In this document: piece after piece, positions 1 through 8,802 of the stretch
Position numbering within the stretch: position 1 is the first letter of the stretch
Layout of the letters: each line of letters opens with the position of its first letter
Assembly: GCA_033763775.1 (NCBI GenBank)
Contig: JANRJW010000010.1
Coordinates: forward strand, 90,430-154,429
Source: Alphaproteobacteria bacterium
Lineage (GTDB): Bacteria; Pseudomonadota; Alphaproteobacteria; Rickettsiales; SXRF01
Reading direction: 5' to 3'
Length of the DNA stretch: 64,000 nt
Position numbers and translations under genes: made by a program
Notes under the pieces: generated by a model
Told to the model about the DNA's origin: nothing
The model's input: the letters and a program-made list of their open reading frames with translations, nothing else
Database searches by the model: none

Positions 1-348
1 CAGTTCCAGGCATCGCTGTGCCACCTGAATGGCAGGGTGTGGTGCATCGGCAAGCAGCCACAGGAAACTCATGTTTTTGAGCATTTCGCCGTTATTGGGG
101 TCGAGCTGAAATGCCACGCTGAAATCCTGCGCCATGCGCGGGATATCCGACAGGCGGAAATAAAGCGTGCCGCGGTTGAAATAGGCAAGGGCTGAGCGCG
201 GGCTGAGCGCAATGGCTTCATCCATCAGTGCCATCGCGCGGTCAAACTGTTTGCGGTTAAAACACGCAATACCCTCATTCATGCGCTCAACCGAGCGCGC
301 TTCGCTCATCAGCGGCGATGCGGAAAGGTCAGGGGTGGCGTGGGGCAT
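1..348 (-). CDS. TPR-repeat protein, runs off the window edge (3' partial)
   Basis: Own translation from ATG at 348: MPHATPDLS...FDRAMALMDEAIALSPRSALAYFNRGTLYFRLSDIPRMAQDFSVAFQLDPNN, a typical TPR pattern; GAGGA RBS upstream; no stop before position 1. Confidence 0.75.
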   Translation of the reverse strand, partial: MPHATPDLSASPLMSEARSVERMNEGIACFNRKQFDRAMALMDEAIALSPRSALAYFNRGTLYFRLSDIPRMAQDFSVAFQLDPNNGEMLKNMSFLWLLADAPHPAIQVAQRCLEL

Positions 349-489
349 CGCGATTCCTCGATTTTGGTGACAATTCAACAAGTAGTAGGGATGATAAGGC
401 TTGGTGCAAGCAAATTCAGTGCCACTTAACTTTCTGCCGCTGGGGCAGAGTGGGCTTGCATTTGTGCCAAGATTTCTTAAGATAAATCC

Positions 490-1215
490 ATGTCCACTGT
501 TACCAAAATCAGCCCATCCGGGGCATTTTCTCACCCATTGCTTGATACGAATCCCGCGCTATGGACGCCGGTAGCCTCGTCGCTGCGCAGCCGCCACGCG
601 GCAAACCATGATCATATTGTGTCGCATGGCGATGAGGCGTCGAACCTCTGGCTGGTGACCTCCGGCTGGATTAAGCTCACCCGCCAGACACCAGACGGCA
701 AGGAAAGCGTGGTTGGGCTATGCACTAGCGGCGATGTATTTGGCGAGGCGGCGCTGTTTGCCCATGCCAACTATCCTTACACCGCTGAGGTCGTGGGGGC
801 AGATGCAGAGCTGATCGCCGTTCCTGCTGCCACCATCCGCAGCTTGGTAGCGAAAGAACCACAGCTCTCGTCACGCATCATGGCGCTGCTCAATGATCGC
901 ACCTCACAGGCGCAGCTCAAACTTGAGCACATGACCACCATGACGGCGGCGCAGCGCCTTGGCTGTTTCCTGCTCAGGCTGTGTCATACGCAGGTGGGCG
1001 GCGCAAAAACGCTGCAGATTCCGGTGGAAAAACACATCCTCGCCGCCTATCTCGGCATGAAGCCGGAAACGCTCTCGCGCAGCCAGCAGCAGCTCAAAGC
1101 CGTGGGCGTGCAGGTCTCCGGGCATAAAATTGATATCGCACATATTGAAAAACTGCGCGATTTTGTGTGCGGCAGCTGCTCAGAATTCGGAAGCTGCGAA
1201 ACGGAAGAAAATTAG
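490..1215 (+). CDS. Crp/Fnr-family transcriptional regulator
   Basis: cNMP-type beta-barrel (SGWIKLTRQTPDGKE, GDVFGEAALF) and HTH with FNR-type ETLSR recognition helix; adjacent to FNR-boxed genes. Confidence 0.92.
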   Translation: MSTVTKISPSGAFSHPLLDTNPALWTPVASSLRSRHAANHDHIVSHGDEASNLWLVTSGWIKLTRQTPDGKESVVGLCTSGDVFGEAALFAHANYPYTAEVVGADAELIAVPAATIRSLVAKEPQLSSRIMALLNDRTSQAQLKLEHMTTMTAAQRLGCFLLRLCHTQVGGAKTLQIPVEKHILAAYLGMKPETLSRSQQQLKAVGVQVSGHKIDIAHIEKLRDFVCGSCSEFGSCETEEN

Positions 1216-1485
1216 GGCGTGTGGACATTCATTTTGCTCCTTTTCGTTTGGTGGAAAATAGCCGGAGGAACAGGAGAAATGCGTAGGCCGTAGCAGGGAC
1301 TACGGACAAGCATTTCGACACATTCATCCGGCTATTTTGCCAAACCCGTAGGGCAGCACCCATGTCTTGCCCTGCGTTGTTAAAAGTCTCGCGCGTAGTC
1401 CCAGCTACGCGCATCACCTTTCGCCTAGCAGGACAAGACATGGCTTGCTGCGAAAAGAGATAAAATGAATGTCCACACGCCCTAA
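1212..1485. mobile_element. MITE-like non-autonomous element with 24-bp perfect terminal inverted repeats
   Basis: ttagggcgtgtggacattcatttt (1212-1235) is the exact reverse complement of aaaatgaatgtccacacgccctaa (1462-1485); two long internal stem-loops; no transposase. Confidence 0.8.
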
Positions 1486-1904
1486 CCCGCCAGCACCTGC
1501 TCCAGCGCGTGGCTCAGCTGCCCAGCCTCGGCCTGCGCAAACCAGCCCGCCACCAGCGGATATTCAATCTCCGCCGTAACGCTATGTGCCGCCTCTGGCG
1601 GCAGGGTGTGGCGCATCCAGGAAATATCGTTCGCACTGCCCACCAGCAGCAGCTGGTCAAACTGCTTGCTGCTGGCGGCTCGGGTCAGATGATGGGCAAA
1701 ATCATCCGGCGAGGCGGCGACCGCTTTCCCCTCCTGCGGATGCAGGGCAAGCTGGCCGTTTTGCTGCTTTTCAAACAGCGCGATCATGCCGGCGCATGCC
1801 GCCACCACCCAGATGCGTGGCAGCGCACCACACCCGCCGCCGCCCTTGCACTTGCCGGAGCAGGCTTTGAATTCAGCCAGTGATGTAACGCTGCCGCTGC
1901 ACAT
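1482..1904 (-). CDS. Hypothetical protein, possibly host-attachment/eRF1-like (baeRF12) family
   Basis: 140-aa ORF starting 3 bp after the ompW stop; IWVVAA N-terminal strand and FAHHL...FDQLLLVG segment resemble this family; assignment is from memory. Confidence 0.5.
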   Translation of the reverse strand: MCSGSVTSLAEFKACSGKCKGGGGCGALPRIWVVAACAGMIALFEKQQNGQLALHPQEGKAVAASPDDFAHHLTRAASSKQFDQLLLVGSANDISWMRHTLPPEAAHSVTAEIEYPLVAGWFAQAEAGQLSHALEQVLAG

Positions 1905-1907
1905 AAA

Positions 1908-2516
1908 CTAAAACTTATAACCAATGCCCACGCCCACCAGCCATGGGTCGATATCCACATCGGCGCGCACGCCGCTGGGGCTGAATTTAGCGGTGGTATC
2001 GATATAAACTTTTTTCACATCCACGTTGAAATACCAGTTATCCTGAATGGGAATATCAATCCCGGCCTGCAGGGCAAAACCAAAGCTGTCATCATACTTC
2101 ACAGAGTTCAGCGATCCTGCATCTTCGTTGAAGAAATGGGTGTAGTTCACGCCCGCGCCGAGATAGGGCTTAAAGCCATCAAACTGGGTGACGTGATATT
2201 GCAGCGTCAGCGTCGGTGGCAGCAGCCACACATCCCCGGCATTGATACCGCTGCTGGTTTTCACGTTATGCGGCGTCACGGCAGCAATCAGCTCGGCCGC
2301 GATATTCGGCGTGAAGAAATAGGTGAAATCAAGCTCTGGCACATAGCTGTCGTCAATGCTCACGCTGTCGCCGTTTGATACCCGGCCGCTTTCATCCGCA
2401 ATCACCCCCAGCGCACGCGCGCGCACCATGAAGTCCCCGGCAGCAAAATCGCTGGCGGCCTGTGCTGAACCAGAAAATGCCATCGCTGCGGCGGTGCTTA
2501 GTAGAATCTTTCTCAC
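1908..2516 (-). CDS. ompW: OmpW-family outer membrane protein
   Basis: Signal peptide, LLPPTLTLQYH, KPYLGAGVNYT, C-terminal IDPWLVGVGIGYKF; GTG start with AGGAG RBS. Confidence 0.95.
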   Translation of the reverse strand: MRKILLSTAAAMAFSGSAQAASDFAAGDFMVRARALGVIADESGRVSNGDSVSIDDSYVPELDFTYFFTPNIAAELIAAVTPHNVKTSSGINAGDVWLLPPTLTLQYHVTQFDGFKPYLGAGVNYTHFFNEDAGSLNSVKYDDSFGFALQAGIDIPIQDNWYFNVDVKKVYIDTTAKFSPSGVRADVDIDPWLVGVGIGYKF

Positions 2517-2574
2517 TGTTAGTCTCCTTGGTTATTGTGATGAAACGACCATAAGTCACTGCCGTTTTATGGCC

Positions 2575-2588
2575 TTGATGTTCGTCAA
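2575..2588. promoter_or_regulatory. FNR/FixK box upstream of ompW
   Basis: TTGAT-GTTC-GTCAA, one mismatch to TTGAT-N4-ATCAA, about 60 bp upstream of ompW. Confidence 0.8.
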
Positions 2589-2740
2589 GCACCGGAGTTT
2601 TTTTCATCATCGCGCAGCATGCGATGCGGCGCGCCGTCCAGATCGTCAAACTGGCCGTTGTTCATCGCCCAGAAAAAAGCAAAAAGCCCCACCAGCCCAA
2701 GGCTGAGTGCAATCGGGATCAGGTACACAAGAATGCTCAT
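2585..2740 (-). CDS. ccoS: cbb3 oxidase assembly protein CcoS/FixS (51 aa, absent from ORF track)
   Basis: Own translation MSILVYLIPIALSLGLVGLFAFFWAMNNGQFDDLDGAPHRML...; FFWA..GQFDDL motif; ATGA overlap with ccoI. Confidence 0.92.
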   Translation of the reverse strand: MSILVYLIPIALSLGLVGLFAFFWAMNNGQFDDLDGAPHRMLRDDEKNSGA

Positions 2741-4959
2741 AGACCCTCGCGCCTTAGCCGCATGGCGTTAGCAATCACCAGCAGTGACGAGCTGGACATG
2801 GCAATAGCAGCCACCAGCGGCGTGACCATGCCCGCAACCGCCAGCGGTATTGCGATCACGTTATACAAAATAGCGAGCCAGAAATTCTGCCGCACCAGTG
2901 TTTGCGAAAATTTTGCCGTGCGCCACGCGGTGATGACCGGCTGCAGCTTGTCACCTTGAAACACCATATCCGCCGCATTCTGGGTGATATCCATACCGCT
3001 TGCTGGCGACATGGAAACACTCGCCACCGCCAGCGACGGTGCATCATTCAGCCCATCGCCCACCACCAGCACCTGATCGCCAGATGTTTTCAGCGCCGCG
3101 ATGCGGTTTGTTTTTTCCACGGGCGAAAGACCCGCTTCAAACGATGCAATCCCCAGCTTCTTTGCTATTGCCTGCGTGACCTCCGGCAGGTCGCCGGACA
3201 GCAGCGTCGTGCCCATATGCTCCTCGTGCAGCGCCTGCACCACGGCCTGTGCATCGGCGCGCAGCTGATCAGCAAAGGTGAAGCGAACGGGTTCTTTTCC
3301 ATCTTCAGCAAGCCAGAGTTCGGTTGCCTCGCTGCGCCCACTTGCCGCCGCCTGCGGCGCTGCCCAGCTTCGCTTACCCAGCCTCACACCTTTCGCCTCC
3401 AGCCCGCAGCCCGGCACTTCCGCAACCGTAAGCGGCAGCAGCGAGCCGCTACAGGCGCTGCTGATGGCCTGCGAAAGAGGATGTTTGCTATGCGCAGCGA
3501 GGGATGAGGCTAGTTGTAACTTTTTAAGTTGCTCCCGGCTCAGGCTGCTGCCTTCGCCATGGAACGCAGCATTCGCTGGCTCATGGCTAGCCGGATCTGC
3601 TGATCCGGCAATCGAGAGCAGCACTGGTTTTCCCATCGTCAGCGTGCCGGTTTTATCAAACACCACATGGGTGATGGCGGCGAGGCGCTCCAGCGCGCTT
3701 GCGGATTTCAGCAGGATGCCGCGCTTCATCAGCATGCCGCTGGCCAGCACCTGCACCACCGGCACCGCAAGGCCGAGTGCGCACGGGCAGGTGATGATCA
3801 GCACGGTTGCGGCATAAAGCAAGGCGAGCTGCCACTCGATGTGCCCCAGAAACAACCAGCCAATGAACGTGGCGGCTGCCAGCGCATGCACCGCCGGGGT
3901 ATACCAGCTGGAAATGCGGTCAGCGAGCGTGACATAGCGCGCCTGCGACTGCTCGGCAGTTTCCATCAGGCGGATAATGTCGGAAAGCAGCGAGCGCTGG
4001 CCAGCGCGGCTGACCTTCATCACCAGCGGCGCGCTGAGATTGATGGTGCCGGCAAACACCGTATCGCCAGCGCCAGCGCCCCTCGGCAGGCTTTCACCCG
4101 TGATCAGGCTGGTGTTGATTTCTGAATCACCGCTGATGATCAGCCCATCTGCGCCAATTTTCTCACCCGCTGCTACCAGCAGTGTCATGCCTTCTTTAAT
4201 CTCGGAAAGCGGGATGGTTTCCTTTGTGCCATCGGACAGTAATATGGTTGCTGAGCCGCTCATCATCTGCAGCAGGTCGTGCGCCGCCGAGCGCGCATGG
4301 CCGCGTGCGCGCGCTTCCAGATAGCGCCCCACAAGCAGGAAAAACAGCAGCATCACCGCCGAATCAAAATAAGAATGCTGGCCAAAGGTGAGGGTTTCAA
4401 ACAGGCTCATCAGCGCAGCTAAAATCACCGCCACGGAAATCGGCACATCCATGTTCGTGTGCCCCTGCCTTAGTGCTTTGAAGGCGGAGATGTAAAACGG
4501 CATGCCGCTATAGGCGATGGCGGGAAAGGCAATCGCCGCCTGCACCCAGTGGAAGAAGGTGCGCGTGGCCTCGCCCATTTGCAACGGGTCGCTGCTCCAT
4601 AATGGAACCGAAAAAAGCATCAGATTGCCGCTGGCAAATCCAGCCGCGGCCATGCAGCGCAGCAGGAAGCGCGCTTCTTTCTTTTCGGCCGTGTCGCTGG
4701 TTGCCGGGTCAAACGGCGCCGCCTTATAGCCCATCGCATCGATCATCGCCACCCAGCGATCAGCGAGTTCTGCTGTGCCATCCCATTCCACCAGCAGTCG
4801 TCTGGTTGAAAGGTTGAGACGTGCTTTCACAACCTCCGGCACTTTTTTCAGCGCATTTTCGATGATCGCAACACAGGACGGGCAATGCATGCCATCCACC
4901 AGCAGGTTCACGCTGAGATGGCCATTTGCTTCCTGATGGGCAAAGCTGCGCGCGCTCAT
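2737..4959 (-). CDS. ccoI: Cu-translocating P1B ATPase CcoI/FixI
   Basis: GMHCPSC metal-binding domain, TGES, CPC, DKTGT, GDGLNDAP; start placed at the ATG overlapping the ccoH stop. Confidence 0.95.
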   Translation of the reverse strand: MSARSFAHQEANGHLSVNLLVDGMHCPSCVAIIENALKKVPEVVKARLNLSTRRLLVEWDGTAELADRWVAMIDAMGYKAAPFDPATSDTAEKKEARFLLRCMAAAGFASGNLMLFSVPLWSSDPLQMGEATRTFFHWVQAAIAFPAIAYSGMPFYISAFKALRQGHTNMDVPISVAVILAALMSLFETLTFGQHSYFDSAVMLLFFLLVGRYLEARARGHARSAAHDLLQMMSGSATILLSDGTKETIPLSEIKEGMTLLVAAGEKIGADGLIISGDSEINTSLITGESLPRGAGAGDTVFAGTINLSAPLVMKVSRAGQRSLLSDIIRLMETAEQSQARYVTLADRISSWYTPAVHALAAATFIGWLFLGHIEWQLALLYAATVLIITCPCALGLAVPVVQVLASGMLMKRGILLKSASALERLAAITHVVFDKTGTLTMGKPVLLSIAGSADPASHEPANAAFHGEGSSLSREQLKKLQLASSLAAHSKHPLSQAISSACSGSLLPLTVAEVPGCGLEAKGVRLGKRSWAAPQAAASGRSEATELWLAEDGKEPVRFTFADQLRADAQAVVQALHEEHMGTTLLSGDLPEVTQAIAKKLGIASFEAGLSPVEKTNRIAALKTSGDQVLVVGDGLNDAPSLAVASVSMSPASGMDITQNAADMVFQGDKLQPVITAWRTAKFSQTLVRQNFWLAILYNVIAIPLAVAGMVTPLVAAIAMSSSSLLVIANAMRLRREGL
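3527..3603. repeat. Family A 77-bp repeat inserted in frame in ccoI
   Basis: Matches 6033-6109 with 7 mismatches in 77 bp; encodes SADPASHEPANAAFHGEGSSLSREQL. Confidence 0.9.
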
Positions 4960-5408
4960 GGCACCACGACGCGCCGGTGCAGCTGGTAGGGCTGATCGCC
5001 CACCATCGCCTCGATCCGAATATCCCACACGCCTTTTTCCGGCAGATCAAGCACCGCCTGCTGATCGTGCAGCGCAAGCACCATGTCGCTGGCGGTGCTG
5101 GTGGGGCGGCTGAGATAGGCAGTGGCGCGGGGGCTGTGCAGCGGCTTTTTCTGGGCATCCATCAGCACAAAGCGAAGCAGGCCTGACTCAAGTGTGATGC
5201 TACCCTGCCAGCCGAGTTTTTCCTGTACGTTGCTTGCTTTCACTACCTCGTTATAGGCCAGACCTTTTTCATAAGGCTCAGAGGTGATGAGGCCAGAATG
5301 GGTGCGGATGGCCGAAGTGACCATGAAGGCATCCATCGCCGCCACCACGCCAAAAAACGCTACAAAATAAAAAGCAACGCGCCTGCCTGTTAATACTGCT
5401 TCGCTCAT
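4956..5408 (-). CDS. ccoH: CcoH/FixH
   Basis: N-terminal TM (FVAFFGVV), YEKGLAYN motif, position between ccoG and ccoI. Confidence 0.88.
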   Translation of the reverse strand: MSEAVLTGRRVAFYFVAFFGVVAAMDAFMVTSAIRTHSGLITSEPYEKGLAYNEVVKASNVQEKLGWQGSITLESGLLRFVLMDAQKKPLHSPRATAYLSRPTSTASDMVLALHDQQAVLDLPEKGVWDIRIEAMVGDQPYQLHRRVVVP

Positions 5409-6871
5409 GGCCGCTCACTCACAAAAATACTCTCCGAACTGCTGATTTCGCCGCTCATACTATCACGCACTTCGAAGGTGATGCCTTGACGTGGATCAGA
5501 TTGTTTGGCCGCTGTGATATAAATCCTGAACTGGCCGACACTATCGGCAAAAACCGGCAGGGAATCTGCCGATAAGTTGCCCGCACCCTCGACATGCAGC
5601 TCGCGGTAATCAAGCCCATGCACTAAGAGCCGGTAGCGATGATCTTCATGGGTTTTGTTGATGATATGCACCGTGTAACCATTGCGCACCGCGCCGTCTG
5701 AAAGCTTAACGAGGAGCGGGTTTCGGTCGTGAATCACATTGAGGTCAAGCTCAGCGCGTGTCATCAGGCCGTAAAGCATCAGCCCGCCCACGGCAGACAA
5801 AATCCCCGCATACCAGAAGCTGCGCGCGCGAAACAGCGTGAAGGGCTCCTTGCTTTCGGTTTCGTAGCGAATCAGGCCGCGCGGCAGGCCAATTTTATCC
5901 ATGACATTATTGCAGGCATCAACGCACAACCCACACGCGATACACTCCATCTGCAGGCCATTGCGAATATCGATACCCATCGGACAAACCACCACGCAGC
6001 TATCGCAATCAATACAGTGACCGCGTGTTTTCAGTTGCTCCCGGCTCAGGCTGCTGCCTTCGCCATGGAGCGCAGCATTCGCTGGTTCATGACTGGCGTG
6101 GTCTGCTGACCGCGCCATCAGAGCCTGAAGTTCTTTCCATTTGCCCCGTGGTTCGCCGCGCTTTTCGTCATAAGCGATGATCAATGTGTTTTTATCAAAC
6201 ATCGCAGATTGAAAGCGCGCATACGGGCACATATAGGTGCAGACCTGCTCGCGCGCATAGCCCGCCATCAGGTAGGTAGAAAAGGTGAGCGCGAGAATCC
6301 AGCCGCCAACGCTGAGCGGCACATCCAGATGAATGATCTGGTCAAGCAGGGTCGGCGCGTCGTTGAAATAAAACACCCACGCCCCGCCGGTGCACATTGC
6401 GATGATGAGCCAGATCAGATGGGTGATGGCTTTTTTACGGATTTTTTCAAAACCAAGCGGCGATTCATCCAGCTTTTTTCGGGCATTGCGATCACCCTGC
6501 ACAATGCGCTCCACCCAAACAAACAAATCCGTCCACACCGTCTGCGGACAAGCATAGCCGCACCACACACGGCCAAACAGCGAGGTGACAGCAAATAGCC
6601 CCACCGCACCTAAAATCAGAAGGCCGGTTAAATAATACACTTCCTGCGGCCAGATCTCGATGCCGAAAAAATAGGCCTTTCGCGAGGGCATATCGATCAA
6701 AATCGCCTGATCCGGCGCATGTTCGCCGCGATGCCAGCGCAGCCACGGCGCGCTGTAATAAATGCCCAGCAGCGTGATCATCGCCGCCCATTTCAGCTTG
6801 CGATACCGCCCCCAGACACGGCGCGGGTAGATACGTTTCTGCTTGGCGAAGAGTTGGACAGCATCGCTCAT
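5405..6871 (-). CDS. ccoG: CcoG/FixG 4Fe-4S cupric reductase
   Basis: GRVWCGYACPQT, CTYMCPY, CIDCDSCVVVCP, CIACGLCVDAC. Confidence 0.96.
   Translation of the reverse strand: MSDAVQLFAKQKRIYPRRVWGRYRKLKWAAMITLLGIYYSAPWLRWHRGEHAPDQAILIDMPSRKAYFFGIEIWPQEVYYLTGLLILGAVGLFAVTSLFGRVWCGYACPQTVWTDLFVWVERIVQGDRNARKKLDESPLGFEKIRKKAITHLIWLIIAMCTGGAWVFYFNDAPTLLDQIIHLDVPLSVGGWILALTFSTYLMAGYAREQVCTYMCPYARFQSAMFDKNTLIIAYDEKRGEPRGKWKELQALMARSADHASHEPANAALHGEGSSLSREQLKTRGHCIDCDSCVVVCPMGIDIRNGLQMECIACGLCVDACNNVMDKIGLPRGLIRYETESKEPFTLFRARSFWYAGILSAVGGLMLYGLMTRAELDLNVIHDRNPLLVKLSDGAVRNGYTVHIINKTHEDHRYRLLVHGLDYRELHVEGAGNLSADSLPVFADSVGQFRIYITAAKQSDPRQGITFEVRDSMSGEISSSESIFVSERP
6033..6109. repeat. Family A 77-bp repeat inserted in frame in ccoG
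   Basis: Second copy; encodes SADHASHEPANAALHGEGSSLSREQL. Confidence 0.9.
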
Positions 6872-6874
6872 GGC

Positions 6875-7768
6875 CTATGGCTTCGGCGTTTCCTTTTCGC
6901 CGCCTCCCAGTGAGTGCACATAAATCGCCAGTTCCTTGATGGCATCATCGCTCAGGCGCTCATCCCAGTTCGGCATCACACCGCCATATGCATTGGTAAT
7001 CATATCGATCACCGCCGCGCGGCTGCCGCCGTAAAGCCAGATGCCATCGGTCAGGTTCGGCGCGCCAAAATCCCGGTTTCCTTTGCCGCCGTCACCGTGG
7101 CACGAGGCGCAGTTGGTGGCAAAGAGCGCTTTACCCTTTTCGTGAGTCTCGGCTGGCTTGCTGCCGGAAAGCGTGAGCACATAATCCGCCACCGCCTGCA
7201 CCTCATCGCGTTTTAGAATACCGTCGCGGCCAAAGGCCGGCATCTGGGAAAGATGCGTTTTATCGTGCTTGGTGCGAATGCCGTATTTGATGGTGGTGTA
7301 AATCTGCTCCAGCGTGCCGCCCCACAGCCAGTCATCATCATTAAGGTTGGGGTAGCCCCTGCGGCCTTCAGCGCCGGTGCCATGGCATGCGGCGCAATTT
7401 TCTTTAAAGAGCGTTTTGCCACCCGCCACCGCAAAAGCATAAAGCGAGGGGTCGCTTTCAATCGCCTGCAGGCTTTTGCCCTGCAGTGCTTTGCCTTGCT
7501 CGCCGCGGCGCTGTAAAATCTCCGCCTGTTCTTCGCGGAGCTTTTCATATTGTGTCCAGCCTTTGATGCCGGGCGTGTGGCCGGAAAGGGTCGGCCATGC
7601 CGGATACACCACCCAGTAGCCCACCGCCCAGATGACGGTGATAAAAAACACCCACAGCCACCAGCGCGGCGCCGGATTATTCAGCTCTTTCAGCCCGTCC
7701 CATTCATGGCCGGTGGTTTCCACACCGGTCAGTTCATCTTTTTCTTTGGGCTTATTGGGATCTGTCAT
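6875..7768 (-). CDS. ccoP: cbb3 oxidase subunit III
   Basis: TTGHEWDG..ELNNPAPRWW; two CxxCH haem motifs. Confidence 0.97.
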   Translation of the reverse strand: MTDPNKPKEKDELTGVETTGHEWDGLKELNNPAPRWWLWVFFITVIWAVGYWVVYPAWPTLSGHTPGIKGWTQYEKLREEQAEILQRRGEQGKALQGKSLQAIESDPSLYAFAVAGGKTLFKENCAACHGTGAEGRRGYPNLNDDDWLWGGTLEQIYTTIKYGIRTKHDKTHLSQMPAFGRDGILKRDEVQAVADYVLTLSGSKPAETHEKGKALFATNCASCHGDGGKGNRDFGAPNLTDGIWLYGGSRAAVIDMITNAYGGVMPNWDERLSDDAIKELAIYVHSLGGGEKETPKP

Positions 7769-7913
7769 GATGTTCCTCCTTCAGGGGGATGCGGGCATGT
7801 TCCTGCATCCGGGCTTTGGCGCGGGGGTGGTAGGTGCGAAAGGCCATCCACACAAAAAATGTGAAGAAAAAAAGCAGCCCTGCCACCGGGGCATGGTCGT
7901 AGATCAGGTTCAT
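7752..7913 (-). CDS. ccoQ: cbb3 oxidase subunit IV (53 aa, absent from ORF track)
   Basis: Own translation [47 protein letters not shown]...; ATGA overlap with the ccoO stop. Confidence 0.88.
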   Translation of the reverse strand: MNLIYDHAPVAGLLFFFTFFVWMAFRTYHPRAKARMQEHARIPLKEEHHDRSQ

Positions 7914-8641
7914 GGACGCGCCCCCGCCTGAAGCTGATAATCCTTGATGTCGGCCAGTGTGCCGAGCGATTGCAGGTACGCAACCAGCGCATCCATCTCG
8001 CTCACATGTTTTGGCTGGCCATCAAAATCGCGCACATTCACTTTGCTGCCATAGCGCGCGATGAGGCCTGCGCTATCGCCCTCGGGGTGTGCCTGCGCCA
8101 TCGCATCGTTATAGGCATTCTCAATCATGGCATCGGTATAAGGCACCCCCACGATGCGATAGGTGGCAAGCAACGCCTGGATGCTACGCAGATCCACCGC
8201 CTGATTCATCATGAAGCGGTAGGTCGGCATGATCGATTCCGGCACCACATCACGTGGGCTCATGAGATGCGCGGTGTGCCATTCATCCGAATATTTGCCG
8301 CCAACGCGTGCAAGATCCGGCCCGGTGCGTTTGCTGCCCCACAGGAAAGGGTGGTCAAACATGCTCTCGGCCGCCAGCGAATAATGGCCGTAGCGCTCCA
8401 CCTCATCGCGCAGCGGGCGAATCTGCTGGCTGTGGCACGAAGAGCAGTTTTCGCGGATATAGATCTGCTGCCCCGCCAGCTCCAGCGGTGTGAGCGGGCG
8501 CATGCCGCTGACTTTTTCGATCGTGGTCTCGAGGCGAAACAGCGGCACAATCTCCACCAGCCCGCCCACCGAGATAGCAACGAGTGTAAACACCAGTAGC
8601 AGGATGGAATTTTTTTCAAGTTTCTTATGGTGATCAAGCAT
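7910..8641 (-). CDS. ccoO: cbb3 oxidase subunit II
   Basis: [23 protein letters not shown]. Confidence 0.97.
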   Translation of the reverse strand: MLDHHKKLEKNSILLLVFTLVAISVGGLVEIVPLFRLETTIEKVSGMRPLTPLELAGQQIYIRENCSSCHSQQIRPLRDEVERYGHYSLAAESMFDHPFLWGSKRTGPDLARVGGKYSDEWHTAHLMSPRDVVPESIMPTYRFMMNQAVDLRSIQALLATYRIVGVPYTDAMIENAYNDAMAQAHPEGDSAGLIARYGSKVNVRDFDGQPKHVSEMDALVAYLQSLGTLADIKDYQLQAGARP

Positions 8642-8660
8642 AAACCGCTCCCTTGATAGG

Positions 8661-8792
8661 TGTCATCCCGTGCCTGAGCGCACTTGCGCGAGGAACCGAC
8701 ACGGGATCCAGTCGCCGCGGCAAGCGGCGAGAAAGTAATTGGTAGGCTCGCAGACGCTCGCCTGCTGGATTCCCACTGTCGTGGGAATGACA
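8661..8792. repeat. Family C (YGTCATYCC) REP-like element bracketed by 26-bp direct repeats
   Basis: tgtcatcccgtg...cacgggatcca and tggattcccac...gtgggaatgaca ends; tcaagcataaaccgctcccttgatag at both 8634-8659 and 8803-8828. Confidence 0.9.
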
Positions 8793-8802
8793 GGTAAAAT
8801 TC

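Noticed and set aside
1229-1441. 70-aa ORF inside the MITE
   Set aside because: No transposase motifs; probably a chance ORF. The same applies to 8663-8863 over a family C element.
7765-7992. ORF-track 75-aa ORF as ccoQ
   Set aside because: Wrong frame; the hydrophobic CcoQ-like peptide is 7752-7913.
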